From contig CP051246.1 of assembly GCA_017795085.1 (NCBI GenBank), positions 806,514-870,513 on the forward strand: a stretch of DNA of 64,000 nucleotides. Reading direction: 5' to 3'. The translations under genes were made by a program, and so were the position numbers. The notes under the pieces are model-generated. The model ran no database searches. It was not told the origin of the DNA and saw nothing but the letters and a program-made list of their open reading frames with translations. Below, in pieces: positions 47,188-58,248 of the stretch. Positions within the stretch are counted from its first letter, which is position 1, and each line of letters opens with the position of its first letter. The stretch is from Salegentibacter sp. (lineage in GTDB: Bacteria > Bacteroidota > Bacteroidia > Flavobacteriales > Flavobacteriaceae).

Positions 47188-47822
47188 ATGAAAAACGAAG
47201 AACTTCAACTCTACCAGGTTTCTGACCAGAAGAAGAAAACAATCTACGATTATGTGGATGATTATATTTCTGCGAAATATGATATCCGGTTTAATGAAAT
47301 AGCCCAGGAGTTTCAGATTGCTATCAAAGGGGAGCGAGCCTGGGAAGATTTTGAAGTTAATTCTCTGCTCATAGAGCTGGCGAAATCCAATATTGAGGTG
47401 ACTCCGGGAAAACTGGATATTTATTTACGGTCTAATCTCATTGAACGATTTAACCCTATCGTGGAATATTTTGAAAAGCTGCCGAAATGGGTGGGAGGGG
47501 ACCATATACGAAAGCTGGCTTCTTATCTTCCTACCCGGAATCCTGAGGAGTTTCTGTATCATTTCCGTAAATGGCTGGTACGAACGGTAAGAGGGGCCCT
47601 TGAGGCTAATTACTTTAATAAGCAATGCCTCGTACTGGTTCATTCAGAGCAGAATTCCGGAAAGTCTACCTGGTGCCGGTTTTTATGTCCGCCGGCTTTG
47701 TCCAGGTATTTCGCGGAGGATATGACTACGGATAAGGATGCCAGGATTCAGCTTACCAGAAATTTCCTTATCAATCTCGATGAGTTATCGGTATTGGCAA
47801 GGAAAGAATTGAATGCACTTAA
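47188..47822 (+). pseudogene. VapE-like gene truncated by IS1380
   Basis: Homologous to 11385-12019. Homology ends at TTAA 47819-47822. Confidence 0.88.
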
Positions 47823-49428
47823 CCCGCATTATTCATGAGTAGTTTAATTGCAGGAATATTTCAAATCAAATTGAACCTCCTAGTATTTCAGGAATTTTTT
47901 TCTTGTTTTTCCGTGCATTTTATAAACCGTAGGATACTTTTCCTTACAAAAATGAGTGTTTCCAGGGCTTAAATTCATAAAATTTCACGACAAGACGTAG
48001 GTATCCCAAGACTTATAAAAATGGCATCATAGAAGGGTTATCCAGAGAGTAATTCCTGCAATAGATTCTTATGGACAAAGGCTTTGGAGAGCCGGTAATA
48101 GATTCTTCTTTTAGTTATTTTTATGGTAGCACCTATTTTTAACAGGTGGGTTCTAATGCTGCTGATCTGCCATTTCTTAGCCTTTTCAAAAGAGGTTTTT
48201 TAGATAGTGTTCTTTAAAATCAAAAACAGCTCATAAGCCAAGCTACTGATATGCAGCCGAAAGAAATTTGCCCAGAATCCATGGTTGGATAATCGGTCAG
48301 AGAAACACATGTTTTTTACTTCCTTAATACGGTTCTCGCTGGTTTCTCCTCTTTTTACATAAAAGCCAAAATAGATTTCCCTGGCATCCTTTTCCGATAG
48401 ATTGCTAACAATGTGTCTGATGTTCATACCAAGACCGGTACTTTCGATTTTAGAATAACATGACTGTAGTTTATGCCAACTCTTGGCTTTATACTCAAAG
48501 CTGATAAAATGCTGGTGTTTTTGGCCCTTACTTTGATAAAGATGCTTTACTGCTAGCTCTGCTCTTTTCACTCTTCTTTTGAGCACTTCATTACTGGCAA
48601 GTCCTATAAATACAAATTGTAATGATCAGCTAACTGATAAAAGGGAGCTGAAGAGAACCCGCTATCGGCCCTGATAATGATCTTCATCTCGGGGTAAACT
48701 TTACGGATTCTAGCAATAATTCTTCTTAAAATACCGACATACCATTTATTGGAATGACTGTTCCCTGGCCGAAGTACCGGTACGATAATCTGACCGGTAT
48801 CTCCATCGTGAAAAAAGAGTTCATTGTACATAAACTGCCCGTAATAGCCGTTGAACATGGATAATTGCTGTTTCCCGTGAGTGGGATCGTCGGTACCATC
48901 GATGTCTATAATGATATTTTTTCTCCCTTTCAAACTGGAGACATACATATCTATCCAGCCATAGCACAATCCAAAGATAGCATCCTTGCTCAAACTATTC
49001 TCAAAACGGAAGATAGTGGGCTGGGAGGCCAGGTCTCCCTCCAGGATATCTTTATATAAAGGATCGTGCTGCAGGTGATGAACATCGTTGGCATCTTCAT
49101 ACCCCTGCATCAACATAAAAACCCGTTGCTTTAAAAGTTTATAGGTGGAATGGGTAACTTGAAGAGGATTCCTGTTATCCAGAATGAAGCTACTCAAATG
49201 GCGGATGATCCTGTGTTGGCGTTCGAGTTTCTCCAAAAGAACCAGAGAACCATCGGAACTTATTTCTTCTGCAGAAAAATTTACTGAAATAGATTTTTTA
49301 CCTCGGTAGAAAACGGTATTTTTAATACTCAAAATTGGGTGTTTTTAGTGTTGTTAAAGTTGCCTGTCAGCTCTTTAAATATAACACTTTACACCCAATT
49401 TTACTTTGTATTCCATGAATTTTTCGGG
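47823..49428 (-). mobile_element. IS1380-family insertion sequence (1606 bp, defective)
   Basis: Imperfect IRs CCCGCATTATTCATG / CATGAATTTTTCGGG, with TTAA on both flanks. Confidence 0.82.
48038..49332 (-). pseudogene. IS1380 transposase with a frameshift near 48606 and a nonsense codon at 48200
   Basis: SSDGSLVLL, GYEDAND, IDIDGTDDPTHGKQQ, RADSGF, ENRIKE and FWANFFRL. Confidence 0.88.
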
Positions 49429-50025
49429 TTAAAAGACCGTTAGGCTATTGCTTTTGTTCACCGGGATAAAGCCCATAAGCATATTCACCTATATGTGAAC
49501 CGGATTGATTTTAAAGGCCAGGCCTATAATGATAGTTTTATTGGAAAACGAAGTCAACTCGCTGCAGAGAAAGTAGCGGAGAAAATGCAGCTGACAACCG
49601 TGAAACAGGTGCAGTGGGAAAAGCAACATAACCTTTCGGCTATTCGTTCGGAAATCAAAAGAAGACACGATCTGACGATGCATCAGTTTAAACCGCGAAC
49701 CTTCCAGGGTTATATGAAGGGAATGGAAACTAATGGGTTGAAGGTGATTCCCTCGATTAATAAAGCGAATAAACTGCAGGGCTTTCGGTTTGAATTTGAC
49801 AAGTATAATCTCAAGGGGAGTGAAGTGCATCGCTCCATGACCGGTGGAAATATTGGAAAAACCCTGGCTTCAGAAAAGAGTATGTCCAGTTTCCTTAAGG
49901 AAAATACCCAGCTGAAACTTGTAGGGAAAACTGTAGAGCTTTCTACCGGTATGGCCAAGGCCATAGCAAAACAGGTGATCAAAAAAATAATCTCTAAAGG
50001 TATGGATGCCGGGATGGGATTTTAA
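49429..50025 (+). pseudogene. 3' part of the element B relaxase
   Basis: LKDR*AIAFVHRDKAHKHIHLYVNRIDF, homologous to 14396-14986. Confidence 0.88.
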
Positions 50026-50037
50026 AAACTAAAAATT

Positions 50038-50347
50038 ATGGCAAAATTAGAACAACTTAGTGAATTGCTGGTTTCAGAAATAGGCCAGTTTGAAAAGACA
50101 GTACATAGGCTGGAGAGAATTCAGAGGGAGAAGATCGGCATTGATACTGCGGCTTTTGAAAAGGTACTCCTGCATCACCAGAAAAAGATGGAAAAAGATG
50201 GAAAAAGATTTTAATCAATATACATTTGAAACGAAATCACTCGGGAGGAAACTAAAAGAGGCTAAAGCTTACCCGGTGTGGGCATTGACCTTGTTTACTG
50301 TTTCTCTCATGGCTAACGTGGTTTTGATTTTTATGTTAATTTCTTAA
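50038..50347 (+). pseudogene. Homologue of 14998-15297, frameshifted by a 10-bp tandem repeat
   Basis: Starts MAKLEQLSELLVSEI. GAAAAAGATG repeats at 50181-50210. Ends KAYPVWAL. Confidence 0.8.
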
Positions 50348-50640
50348 TCGCTTATTAATCATCAGCGTCCTCTAAAATAAAATAGCCAATCCTGCGATTC
50401 TCAAATCGCGAATCGTGAATTGAGTTATTATTCAAGACAGAGTGCTCAGTATTCTCTGATAAACGACGTTTGTAATCACATTATAGTGTGATTCTATGTG
50501 TAAATTTAGATGATAATCATATAAATACTTTTATTTTCACATTAAAGTGTGGATTTTTATGTAATTTTGAATTCATTCATATTTATAATGTCAGTTTTCA
50601 CAGTATAATGTGGACTTGAGGTGTAAAAATAAAGGAATCT

Positions 50641-50850
50641 ATGGCAGCGATACAAAAAATTGGTCAGCTGATTCAGCAACGTCGCGATACTATGAAGGTT
50701 ACCCAGAAACAATTAGCCGAGATGGCTGATATCGGGATCAATACCCTGTATAAGATTGAGACCGGACAAGCTAATCCTACCCTGGAATCATTAGAAAGAA
50801 TCACAGATGTCCTTGGTATGGAGATTACACTGCAGGTCAAAAAAGTATAG
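50641..50850 (+). CDS. HipB-like HTH antitoxin/regulator
   Basis: IQQRRDTMKVTQKQLAEMADIGINTLYKIETGQANPT. Confidence 0.88.
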   Translation: MAAIQKIGQLIQQRRDTMKVTQKQLAEMADIGINTLYKIETGQANPTLESLERITDVLGMEITLQVKKV

Positions 50851-50856
50851 GTGTAA

Positions 50857-51189
50857 ATGAGACAAGCGACTATATGTTATAAAGGAAAGGATGCTGGTAT
50901 TCTGAAACAACACGATGACGGCAGTTTTAGCTTTAGGTACCTGGAAGCCTGGTTGGATGATGCGGAAAATCCATCCATCAGTCTAACCCTGCCAAGATCC
51001 CAACCGGAATATCACGCTGAATACTTATTCCCTTTTTTCTACAATATGCTTCCGGAAGGAACTAATAGACAAACGGTATGTAAGGCTAACCGATTGGATT
51101 CCGATGATTATTTTGGGATTCTTATGACTACCGCCCGTTATGATACTGTGGGTGCAATTACTGTCAAAAAAAATAAAGAGGCTAAATGA
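50857..51189 (+). CDS. Stand-alone HipA N-terminal domain protein (HipS-like)
   Basis: SFRYLEAWL...ISLTLP...LFPFFYNMLPEG...VGAITV. Confidence 0.85.
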   Translation: MRQATICYKGKDAGILKQHDDGSFSFRYLEAWLDDAENPSISLTLPRSQPEYHAEYLFPFFYNMLPEGTNRQTVCKANRLDSDDYFGILMTTARYDTVGAITVKKNKEAK

Positions 51190-52169
51190 AAATAGATCAT
51201 TGCCCGGGAACTTTAGCAGAAGGATTTAGCACTTATAGTAGAACCTGCTTGAAGCGTGTTTTTGATGGACGTAAAGTATCACACGTGCTGCCTTATGATG
51301 CGCTAAACGCTAACCCGCAAACTGATAAACTCTTTGAGGACAATCAAAAACGTATTTCTATTTCCGGGGTGCAGGAAAAGTTTTCGGTCCTTCTGAAAAA
51401 AAATAAGTTGCGTCTCATCAAAGAAGGGGAGCAAGGGACCCATATATTAAAACCGATTCCCAGTGCAGGTAAGAAGAATTTTGAAATGCCGGCCAATGAG
51501 CATTTAACTATGCAGATCGCTCGCCAGGTATACAATATTGAAACTGCCGAAAACGCGCTTATCTTTTTTGAAAATGAAGCTCCCGCCTATATAACGAAAC
51601 GTTTTGATGTAAACCCGGATGGTTCGAAGAAAGCAAAAGAAGATTTTGCGACCCTTGCCGGTAAAACTCCTCAAACACATGGGGAACATTATAAATACGA
51701 AGGGAATTACCTGGAACTATTTCAGTTAATGAAAAAATTCCTACCGGCTTATCGTGTAGAAACACCTAAATTATTTAAAATACTGATTTTTAATTATTTG
51801 TTTTCAAACGGTGATGCCCACTTAAAAAACTTTGCGATTCTGGAAACACCGATGGGGGACCATCGGTTAAGTCCAGCGTATGATTTACTGAATACTCGTA
51901 TTCATGTAAATGATAGTGATTTTGCCCTGGAAGAGGGCTTATTACCAAAAAGTATAGCGCAGACCACCACTGCTGGTCAATTTAAGGTGTTGGCAGAACA
52001 GGTAGAGCTAAAGCCAAAACAATTTGATCAGATAATGGGGGATATGATGGGGAATTCAGAAGAAGTTGCCCAATTAACCCAGTCATCCTTTTTAGAGAAA
52101 GCTACCCAGCGAAATTATATCCAGGATTATCAATACCGATTAAAACAATTGCAGAAAATAAATTCGTAA
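51186..52169 (+). CDS. HipA-family kinase toxin (HipT-like)
   Basis: SISGVQEK, HILKP, NEHLTM, ITKRFD, NGDAHLKNF and LSPAYD. Confidence 0.9.
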   Translation: MKIDHCPGTLAEGFSTYSRTCLKRVFDGRKVSHVLPYDALNANPQTDKLFEDNQKRISISGVQEKFSVLLKKNKLRLIKEGEQGTHILKPIPSAGKKNFEMPANEHLTMQIARQVYNIETAENALIFFENEAPAYITKRFDVNPDGSKKAKEDFATLAGKTPQTHGEHYKYEGNYLELFQLMKKFLPAYRVETPKLFKILIFNYLFSNGDAHLKNFAILETPMGDHRLSPAYDLLNTRIHVNDSDFALEEGLLPKSIAQTTTAGQFKVLAEQVELKPKQFDQIMGDMMGNSEEVAQLTQSSFLEKATQRNYIQDYQYRLKQLQKINS

Positions 52170-52304
52170 CCTGGATGCAAAAAGCTCGATTTATTGTTCC
52201 CAACGTTAAAGGGTATGGATACTGAAGAAAGTGTAGAAATGATATATGAAACTTAATTTTTTCAGAAGCTTTTTCAAGTATTTAAGCGAAAAAAAGCGAC
52301 AGAA

Positions 52305-53000
52305 CTAATTGAATTTTGCTTTAATAACCTTGCGGTATGTTTCGCCTATAGGTAAGCGAATATCCCCATCCAGACAAATACTGTTGCCTTCAAGCATCTT
52401 TATTTTCTCAGAGGGAATAATATATGATCTATGAATTCTTAGAAACTCATTTTTTGGTAGCATCTCGATAATATCTTTCATGTTCTCGTGCGCTATTATT
52501 TTATCGCTTTTGGTGTGAATCCTGATGTAATCTTTTAGGCCTTCAATATAGATGATCTCTTCCGGTATTACCCGGTAGACCTTTCTTTCCGCTTTAATAT
52601 AAAACTCCCTCTTTTTAGAAGTAGGATTAAAGGATTTCTGCCAGGCTAAATATTTTTCTACACTTTCATAGAACCGCTGAAAAGAAATAGGTTTCACGAG
52701 GAAGTCGATTACCTTATACTTAAAAGCATCTAAGGCATACTCTTGATAAGCTGAGGTGATGATAAAATTATGCTGGGAATTATTGCTCATTTGCATGATT
52801 TCCATTCCGCTGAGTTCAGGCATTTGAAGGTCTATAAAGACCAGGGAATTGGTATACTTCTTAAGCAGCTCGAGAACTTTGTAAGTATCACTCCCTGCAT
52901 AAATAATATTGAGGATGGGAACTTTTTCTGCGTAATCTTTTAATAAACGAACTGCGAAGGGTTCATCATCAAGGATTATGGTATTAATTTGGTTTTTCAT
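52305..53000 (-). CDS. LytTR-family response regulator
   Basis: ILDDEPFA, FIDLQMPELSG, DFLVKP, YIEGLKDY and FLRIHRSYI. Confidence 0.92.
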   Translation of the reverse strand: MKNQINTIILDDEPFAVRLLKDYAEKVPILNIIYAGSDTYKVLELLKKYTNSLVFIDLQMPELSGMEIMQMSNNSQHNFIITSAYQEYALDAFKYKVIDFLVKPISFQRFYESVEKYLAWQKSFNPTSKKREFYIKAERKVYRVIPEEIIYIEGLKDYIRIHTKSDKIIAHENMKDIIEMLPKNEFLRIHRSYIIPSEKIKMLEGNSICLDGDIRLPIGETYRKVIKAKFN

Positions 53001-53736
53001 CGAGCTTAATTTCTAATTGGGCGCTGAAAGTCTGTTGTTCCGTTTTTAAAATTAAGGAATGAGCCCTGGGATAATTAATCTCCAAAGTTTTCTTTAGGTT
53101 TTCGAGGCCTATTCCTCCTAATTTATCCTTTTTCTAATTGCTGATTTTATTAGTTATTTTAAAGAAAAGTGTGTTACCAGTTTGTTTTAAATCGAAAAGG
53201 ATTGGGTTATCCTTATTATACTCCCCATGTTTTAGCGCATTTTCCACTAGGGGACTTAGTAAAAAAGGAGGTATCTGAACAGTGGGATTCTCAATAGTCA
53301 TCTCAAGGCTCATTGTATTTTCATCTTCATGCCTTAATTGGTCAAGTTCAATATAGGATTTTATGTAATTAACCTCCTGCTGTAAATCAATTTTATCTTT
53401 GTTGGTTTCATAAGTAGTATACCGCATTAGTTCTCCCAGTTTTTCAATTGCCGGCAATGCCTTGTCAGATTTAAAATAAACCAGGGAGTAAATGTTGTTA
53501 AGGGTATTGAACATAAAGTGGGGGTTGAGTTGCGCTTTTAGGAACTTTACTTCCGTTGCACTTTTTTCTTCAACGATATGTTTATTGTATTCCAAGAGTC
53601 GAACATTAAAAATTAGAATCCAAAGAATGGAACTGATAATGAGCGGGAAACTGCCATAATAGAGGTTATCATAAATGTAAAAGCTAAGTGCGGTTCCTTC
53701 AAAATAATTACCGTGGCCGATAAATTGCTCAATCAA
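52984..53736 (-). pseudogene. LytS-type histidine kinase remnant (5'-truncated, nonsense codon at 53134-53136)
   Basis: LKAQLNPHFMFNTLN and ENALKHG. The G-box GGIGLENL continues in frame after the TAG. Confidence 0.82.
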
Positions 53737-54308
53737 GACTTCTCTTCTTTGGATTAGGGTTTATGCATCTTATGGTATATTCCCTAAATTCCATTCAGAC
53801 AGATAAACCTGTTGTACCTGCCATTATCCTCATCGTTTTTTTACTCGGTTTCTACCTTTCAATTATACCCTGGACAGAAAAATTCAAAAGAAGTGTTCAG
53901 AATCAAAAATTGATTAGCTCGTTAAAAAAGATCAATAATTTTAATTTGAATATTGGAGAGCATCAACTAAAAATTTTATATCAGGAATTGATACGATATG
54001 AGCTCTTGAACTCTCAACGCACAAATTTTCGGGATTTTAAAAATGTTCTTAATGAAGACTGGGACACTCATAACTCAAAAATTCAGCTAAATATGGATGG
54101 CCCAAGTACTCGGGAATTTTATGATCATCTTTCAGGTGTATTCCCGAATAGCACGATGACAATGAAGGATTTCTTTATTAGATCGGAATTAATATTACGC
54201 TTTGATGGTAAAAAATATAATTACAATACAATAAAATGCGCTCCTGTAAGGACTCCAGTTTCAAAATATAGTGAAATACTTGTTTCTATTTTTAGGAAAT
54301 TAAAATAA
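53736..54308 (+). pseudogene. Third ORF2 homologue, 5'-truncated
   Basis: GLGFMHLM...HNSKIQLNMDGPSTREFY...DGKKYNYNT, matching 6329-7084. Confidence 0.75.
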
Positions 54309-54326
54309 TTCTACTACTAAAAAGTA

Positions 54327-54383
54327 ATATTTGGGGAATATAATCCCTGAAAATAGCTATATTTGGGGATTATAATCCCTGAA
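54327..54383. promoter_or_regulatory. Two 25-bp direct repeats containing a 14-bp palindrome upstream of the AAA ATPase
   Basis: ATATTTGGGGA(A/T)TATAATCCCTGAA at 54327 and 54359. The core GGGATTATAATCCC is a perfect palindrome in copy 2. Confidence 0.65.
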
Positions 54384-54931
54384 TATGATCAAAAGAGACT
54401 TAGAAGATAAAATTATAAATCGTTTTGGTACTGGTAAAGCTATCTTACTTATTGGTCCTAGACAGGTAGGGAAGACAACACTTTTCAATAAATTACTGGA
54501 AGAAAAAGATTATTTATTCCTAAACGGTGACGATCCGACGGTTAGAAAATTACTTTCAAATCCTAATCTGGAGCAGCTCAAGAATATAATAGGTAAGCAT
54601 TCTATAGTATTCATTGATGAAGCTCAGCGAATAGAAAATATTGGAATTACTCTTAAGCTGATTACTGATCAATTAAAATCGGTACAGTTATTAGTGAGTG
54701 GTTCTTCTGCTTTCGAATTAAATAATCAAACTCAGGAACCCCTAACCGGAAGAAAATGGGAGTATCACCTTTACCCTATTTCCTGGACAGAATTTGAAAT
54801 GGAGATTGGCTATTTAAAAGCCGAACAACAGTTAGAATTAAGGATTTTGTACGGCATGTACCCGGATGTAATTAATAACCCCGGGGAAGAAAAAGAAGTT
54901 TTAAAGCAATTAACCGACAGCTATCTATATA

Positions 54932-56423
54932 GGGTTTCCTCAGAAATTCAGAAATTAAAATTATGTATTTCTGCGAATTTCACTAGGTTGGTTACAAATA
55001 AGATCATCCCTATCCAGGAATGAGAAGTATTGTCTAATTTAGCTTTAATTTGGTTGAGCCCGTATGTTTGTTTGGCCTGCCCAAATTTGGCTTCTATATG
55101 ATTACGTTCGTTGAACTCCTTTTTACGTTTTCTCTTTTGGTAGGCATTAAGTTCAAGCTGCTTGCCTTTTGAAGCTACGGTCATCCGGATGCCGCGCTCC
55201 TTGCACCACTTGCGGTTTTTATTGGTGCCATAGATCTTATCCACCTGAATGACTTCCGGGTAATAGCCGAGCTGTACTTTATAGGCCTCTGCATGAGGAA
55301 TGAGGTCAGCACTTTCATTGTAGGCATCCCAGCTTAAGGTCTGCGCTTTAACAAAACCATCTATTTGGGCCAGTCCGATCTTGGTACCGAACTCTACTTT
55401 CTTCCCTGTCTTGCCCCGAACAATAGGACGTACATAAGGTTGACTGATGCTGACAATACGGTCCTTACAGGTGTTGGTCTTATTATCGTACATTTCTCTT
55501 TGCTGATCATTAACCGTCTGAATTACCCAAAAATCCCTGAGCATCTTCCGGGATAATGGGGTATGATCTAATTTGTCAAGCATTAAATTGATGTTGCCAA
55601 TATTACGATCTAAACAGTTTAGATGATAACGGATAGCCCTTCTTAGGGTTTTTTTATTGGCCTGTCTCTTCTTGGATTCCGCCAGGTATTTCTTTCGGGC
55701 CACTTTTCTGTAAGTCCGCGGCTTGACCGGAAGCTCATCCTTTAGATGCTCATAGAGGGTATCAATGATGGCCTCGGTCTTTTCACGAGCCACATTAAGT
55801 AGCCCCAAATCATTGGGATAGGTAATATACTGATCTGCCACCGTGGCATCGAGTTTTAATTTCCCTTTATTCTGCCAAGAAGTTCTCTTGGGGGAAGAGG
55901 CTTCCTGTGGAGCCCCACCATAACAAATTGTGGAGAGTACCTCAGAGAATTCATTGAAAGTATGATTCCCCAGTTTCTTTCTCCACTCTACAAAAAGAGA
56001 AGCAGAGAAAAGCGGCTGCGCAGAAAATTCCTCCAATCCTAAAAAGAACTGCATGTAGGGGTTCTCTTCGATGATCTGGACCGTTTGCTCATCACTAAGA
56101 TTTAATTTGTGTTTAATAATCAGACTACCAATAACAATACGCGGATTAATGGCATTACGACCAACTTGAGAAAAATGTTTGGAAAAAATAGCTACACAAC
56201 GGTCCCAGGGAAAATGGTAGGCTAATTGAATCCAACGGTTATTTGGGTTAAGTTTCATTTGGTAAAGATTACCAAAATTTTCAATTTTGACCTGGTACTG
56301 GGAAGAATAATTTATCATATGCAAAGTTATTACATAAATATACTATTTTCCTTGCATGTAAACAATTGAAATATAGATTTATTTAACTGATTCAAAAGGG
56401 TTTATAGCCTTATGAGGAAGGCC
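54932..56423 (-). mobile_element. IS5-family insertion sequence, copy 2, apparently identical to copy 1
   Basis: Same 1492-bp length and same translated transposase. TATATA target duplication (54926-54931 and 56424-56429). Confidence 0.92.
54948..56324 (-). CDS. IS5-family DDE transposase, copy 2
   Basis: The translation is the same as 34081-35457. Confidence 0.92.
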   Translation of the reverse strand: MHMINYSSQYQVKIENFGNLYQMKLNPNNRWIQLAYHFPWDRCVAIFSKHFSQVGRNAINPRIVIGSLIIKHKLNLSDEQTVQIIEENPYMQFFLGLEEFSAQPLFSASLFVEWRKKLGNHTFNEFSEVLSTICYGGAPQEASSPKRTSWQNKGKLKLDATVADQYITYPNDLGLLNVAREKTEAIIDTLYEHLKDELPVKPRTYRKVARKKYLAESKKRQANKKTLRRAIRYHLNCLDRNIGNINLMLDKLDHTPLSRKMLRDFWVIQTVNDQQREMYDNKTNTCKDRIVSISQPYVRPIVRGKTGKKVEFGTKIGLAQIDGFVKAQTLSWDAYNESADLIPHAEAYKVQLGYYPEVIQVDKIYGTNKNRKWCKERGIRMTVASKGKQLELNAYQKRKRKKEFNERNHIEAKFGQAKQTYGLNQIKAKLDNTSHSWIGMILFVTNLVKFAEIHNFNF

Positions 56424-57333
56424 TATATAAAGACATTTTAAGTTATGGAGGAATTAGAAAACCAGAGATTCTGGAAAAGCTATTAAGAGCATTAGCATTT
56501 CAAATTGGAAGCGAGGTCAGCTACAACGAATTATCACAAATACTAGGAATTGACAAGAAAACTGTAGCTGCTTATATTGATCTACTTTGCCAGGCTTTCG
56601 TTATTTATAAACTTCCAAGTTTCAGCAAAAATTTGCGGAATGAGATTAAAACTAATCAGAAAATATATTTCTACGATACTGGGGTCAGAAATATGATTAT
56701 TGGGAATTTAAATCCTCTGCAAAACAGAGAAGATAAAGGAAATCTATGGGAGAATTTTTTGATTACAGAAAGGTTAAAATCTAAAGCTTACAATTCTTCG
56801 TTGGCAAAAGGCTATTTTTGGAGAACGGTTAGCCAGCAGGAAATCGATTATGTAGAGGAAGATGCTGGGCTAATTAGAGGTTACGAAATAAAATGGAATC
56901 CAAAAAGTAAAGTGAAAATTCCCAAAATCTTTTCTGATACTTATAATGCTGAAGTCCAAACCATAAATCAGGAAAATTTTAGAGATTTTTTGAAATTGTG
57001 AACTCTTACCATAATATTCTTTTCAAGTCTAAATAATTCAAAGTTGGTGGATAGAAAGCGCATCAATTCGCGAATCTTAGATAATGGTTTTTTTCATTTT
57101 AAAAAAGCAGGTTATAGAAATCAATTTATCCCAAGAATTAGCTAATGGACTTTGTACAGGAATTTATTTTCCACTTGTTCTGATTTTTATATATAGTTGA
57201 AGCAATAATATAGAATTGTACGGAAGCTTAGTATCAATTGCATACCTGGAATCTTCTCCGTGGCCAGGGAAAATTCTTCTTTGTTTCCTATATATCCATT
57301 CTAAATGGTATACCTAGCGTACAATTTTACATA

Positions 57334-57975
57334 CTATCCCAAAATTCTAAGTACACTTATTATAATAAATTTAAAGCTGCGTTGCGCCAGGCTTTTGAAA
57401 ATGGTTATACAAGAAGAAATTTTGCTACCACGGTCAAAGGCTTTGCACAAGGAGAAACAACCCGGGAATATCTTACGCAGGAGGAATTGCAAGCTATGGC
57501 AACTGCCTACTGCAAGCATCAGGTTCTTAAAAATGCTTTTATGTTTAGTTGTTTGACCGGCCTTAGGTGGAGTGATATAAAAAGTTGACTTGGTTTGAAG
57601 TTAGGGATGAGGAGGAAGGACCGCGATTAATATTTAAGCAAAAGAAAACTTCGGGACAGGAATATCAATATATTTCTAATCAGGCAAGACAGCTTTTAGG
57701 AAAAAGAAAAAGAGATAATGCCCGGGTATTTCAAGGTTTAAAATATGGGGCTCATTTTAATGCAGAAATACTTAGATGGTGTATGCGAGCCGGTATAACC
57801 AAACACATAACCTTTCATCGTGCAAGACATACGCATGCAGTATTACTGCTGGAATATTGTGCCGATATTTACACTGTTTCAAAAGTGTTGGGCCATAAAG
57901 AAATAAGAACCACTCAGGTTTATGCAAAGATTGTAGATAAGAAAAAGAAAGAGGCAGCTAACCTGATTCCTGAAC
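57334..57975 (+). pseudogene. Third integrase remnant (5'-truncated, frameshifted near 57580, 3' end replaced)
   Basis: LSQNSKYTYYNKF...TGLRWSD and HRARHT...LGHK...TTQVYAK. Homology ends after PELE. Confidence 0.88.
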
Positions 57976-58248
57976 TTGAAATTACACTCCCGTACTCACT
58001 AAAAATTGGGACGTTCATTGTTCAAAAATCCATTTTAATATGAAAATATGCTTATCTCTTATAATAAAGACACTGTTGGATTATTCTAAAATTACAATTT
58101 GCAATTAAACAGCTGTCTGTTATTTTTATTGCAGCCTTTTGCAATGGCTACTAATCTTAAAAGTTGCTGACTTTACAAATAAACTTGTTAAAGTATTAAT
58201 TAAATAATTTTATATTTACAAAAAACGATCATACCTAAATAATTTATT

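Larger units (their letters stand above)
54385..57001 (+). pseudogene. AAA+ ATPase with DUF4143-type C-terminus, interrupted by IS5
   Basis: GPRQVGKTT, IDEAQ and GSS. Removing the IS restores LTDSYLYKDIL and the frame continues to KIYFYDTG and EIDYV. Confidence 0.88.
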
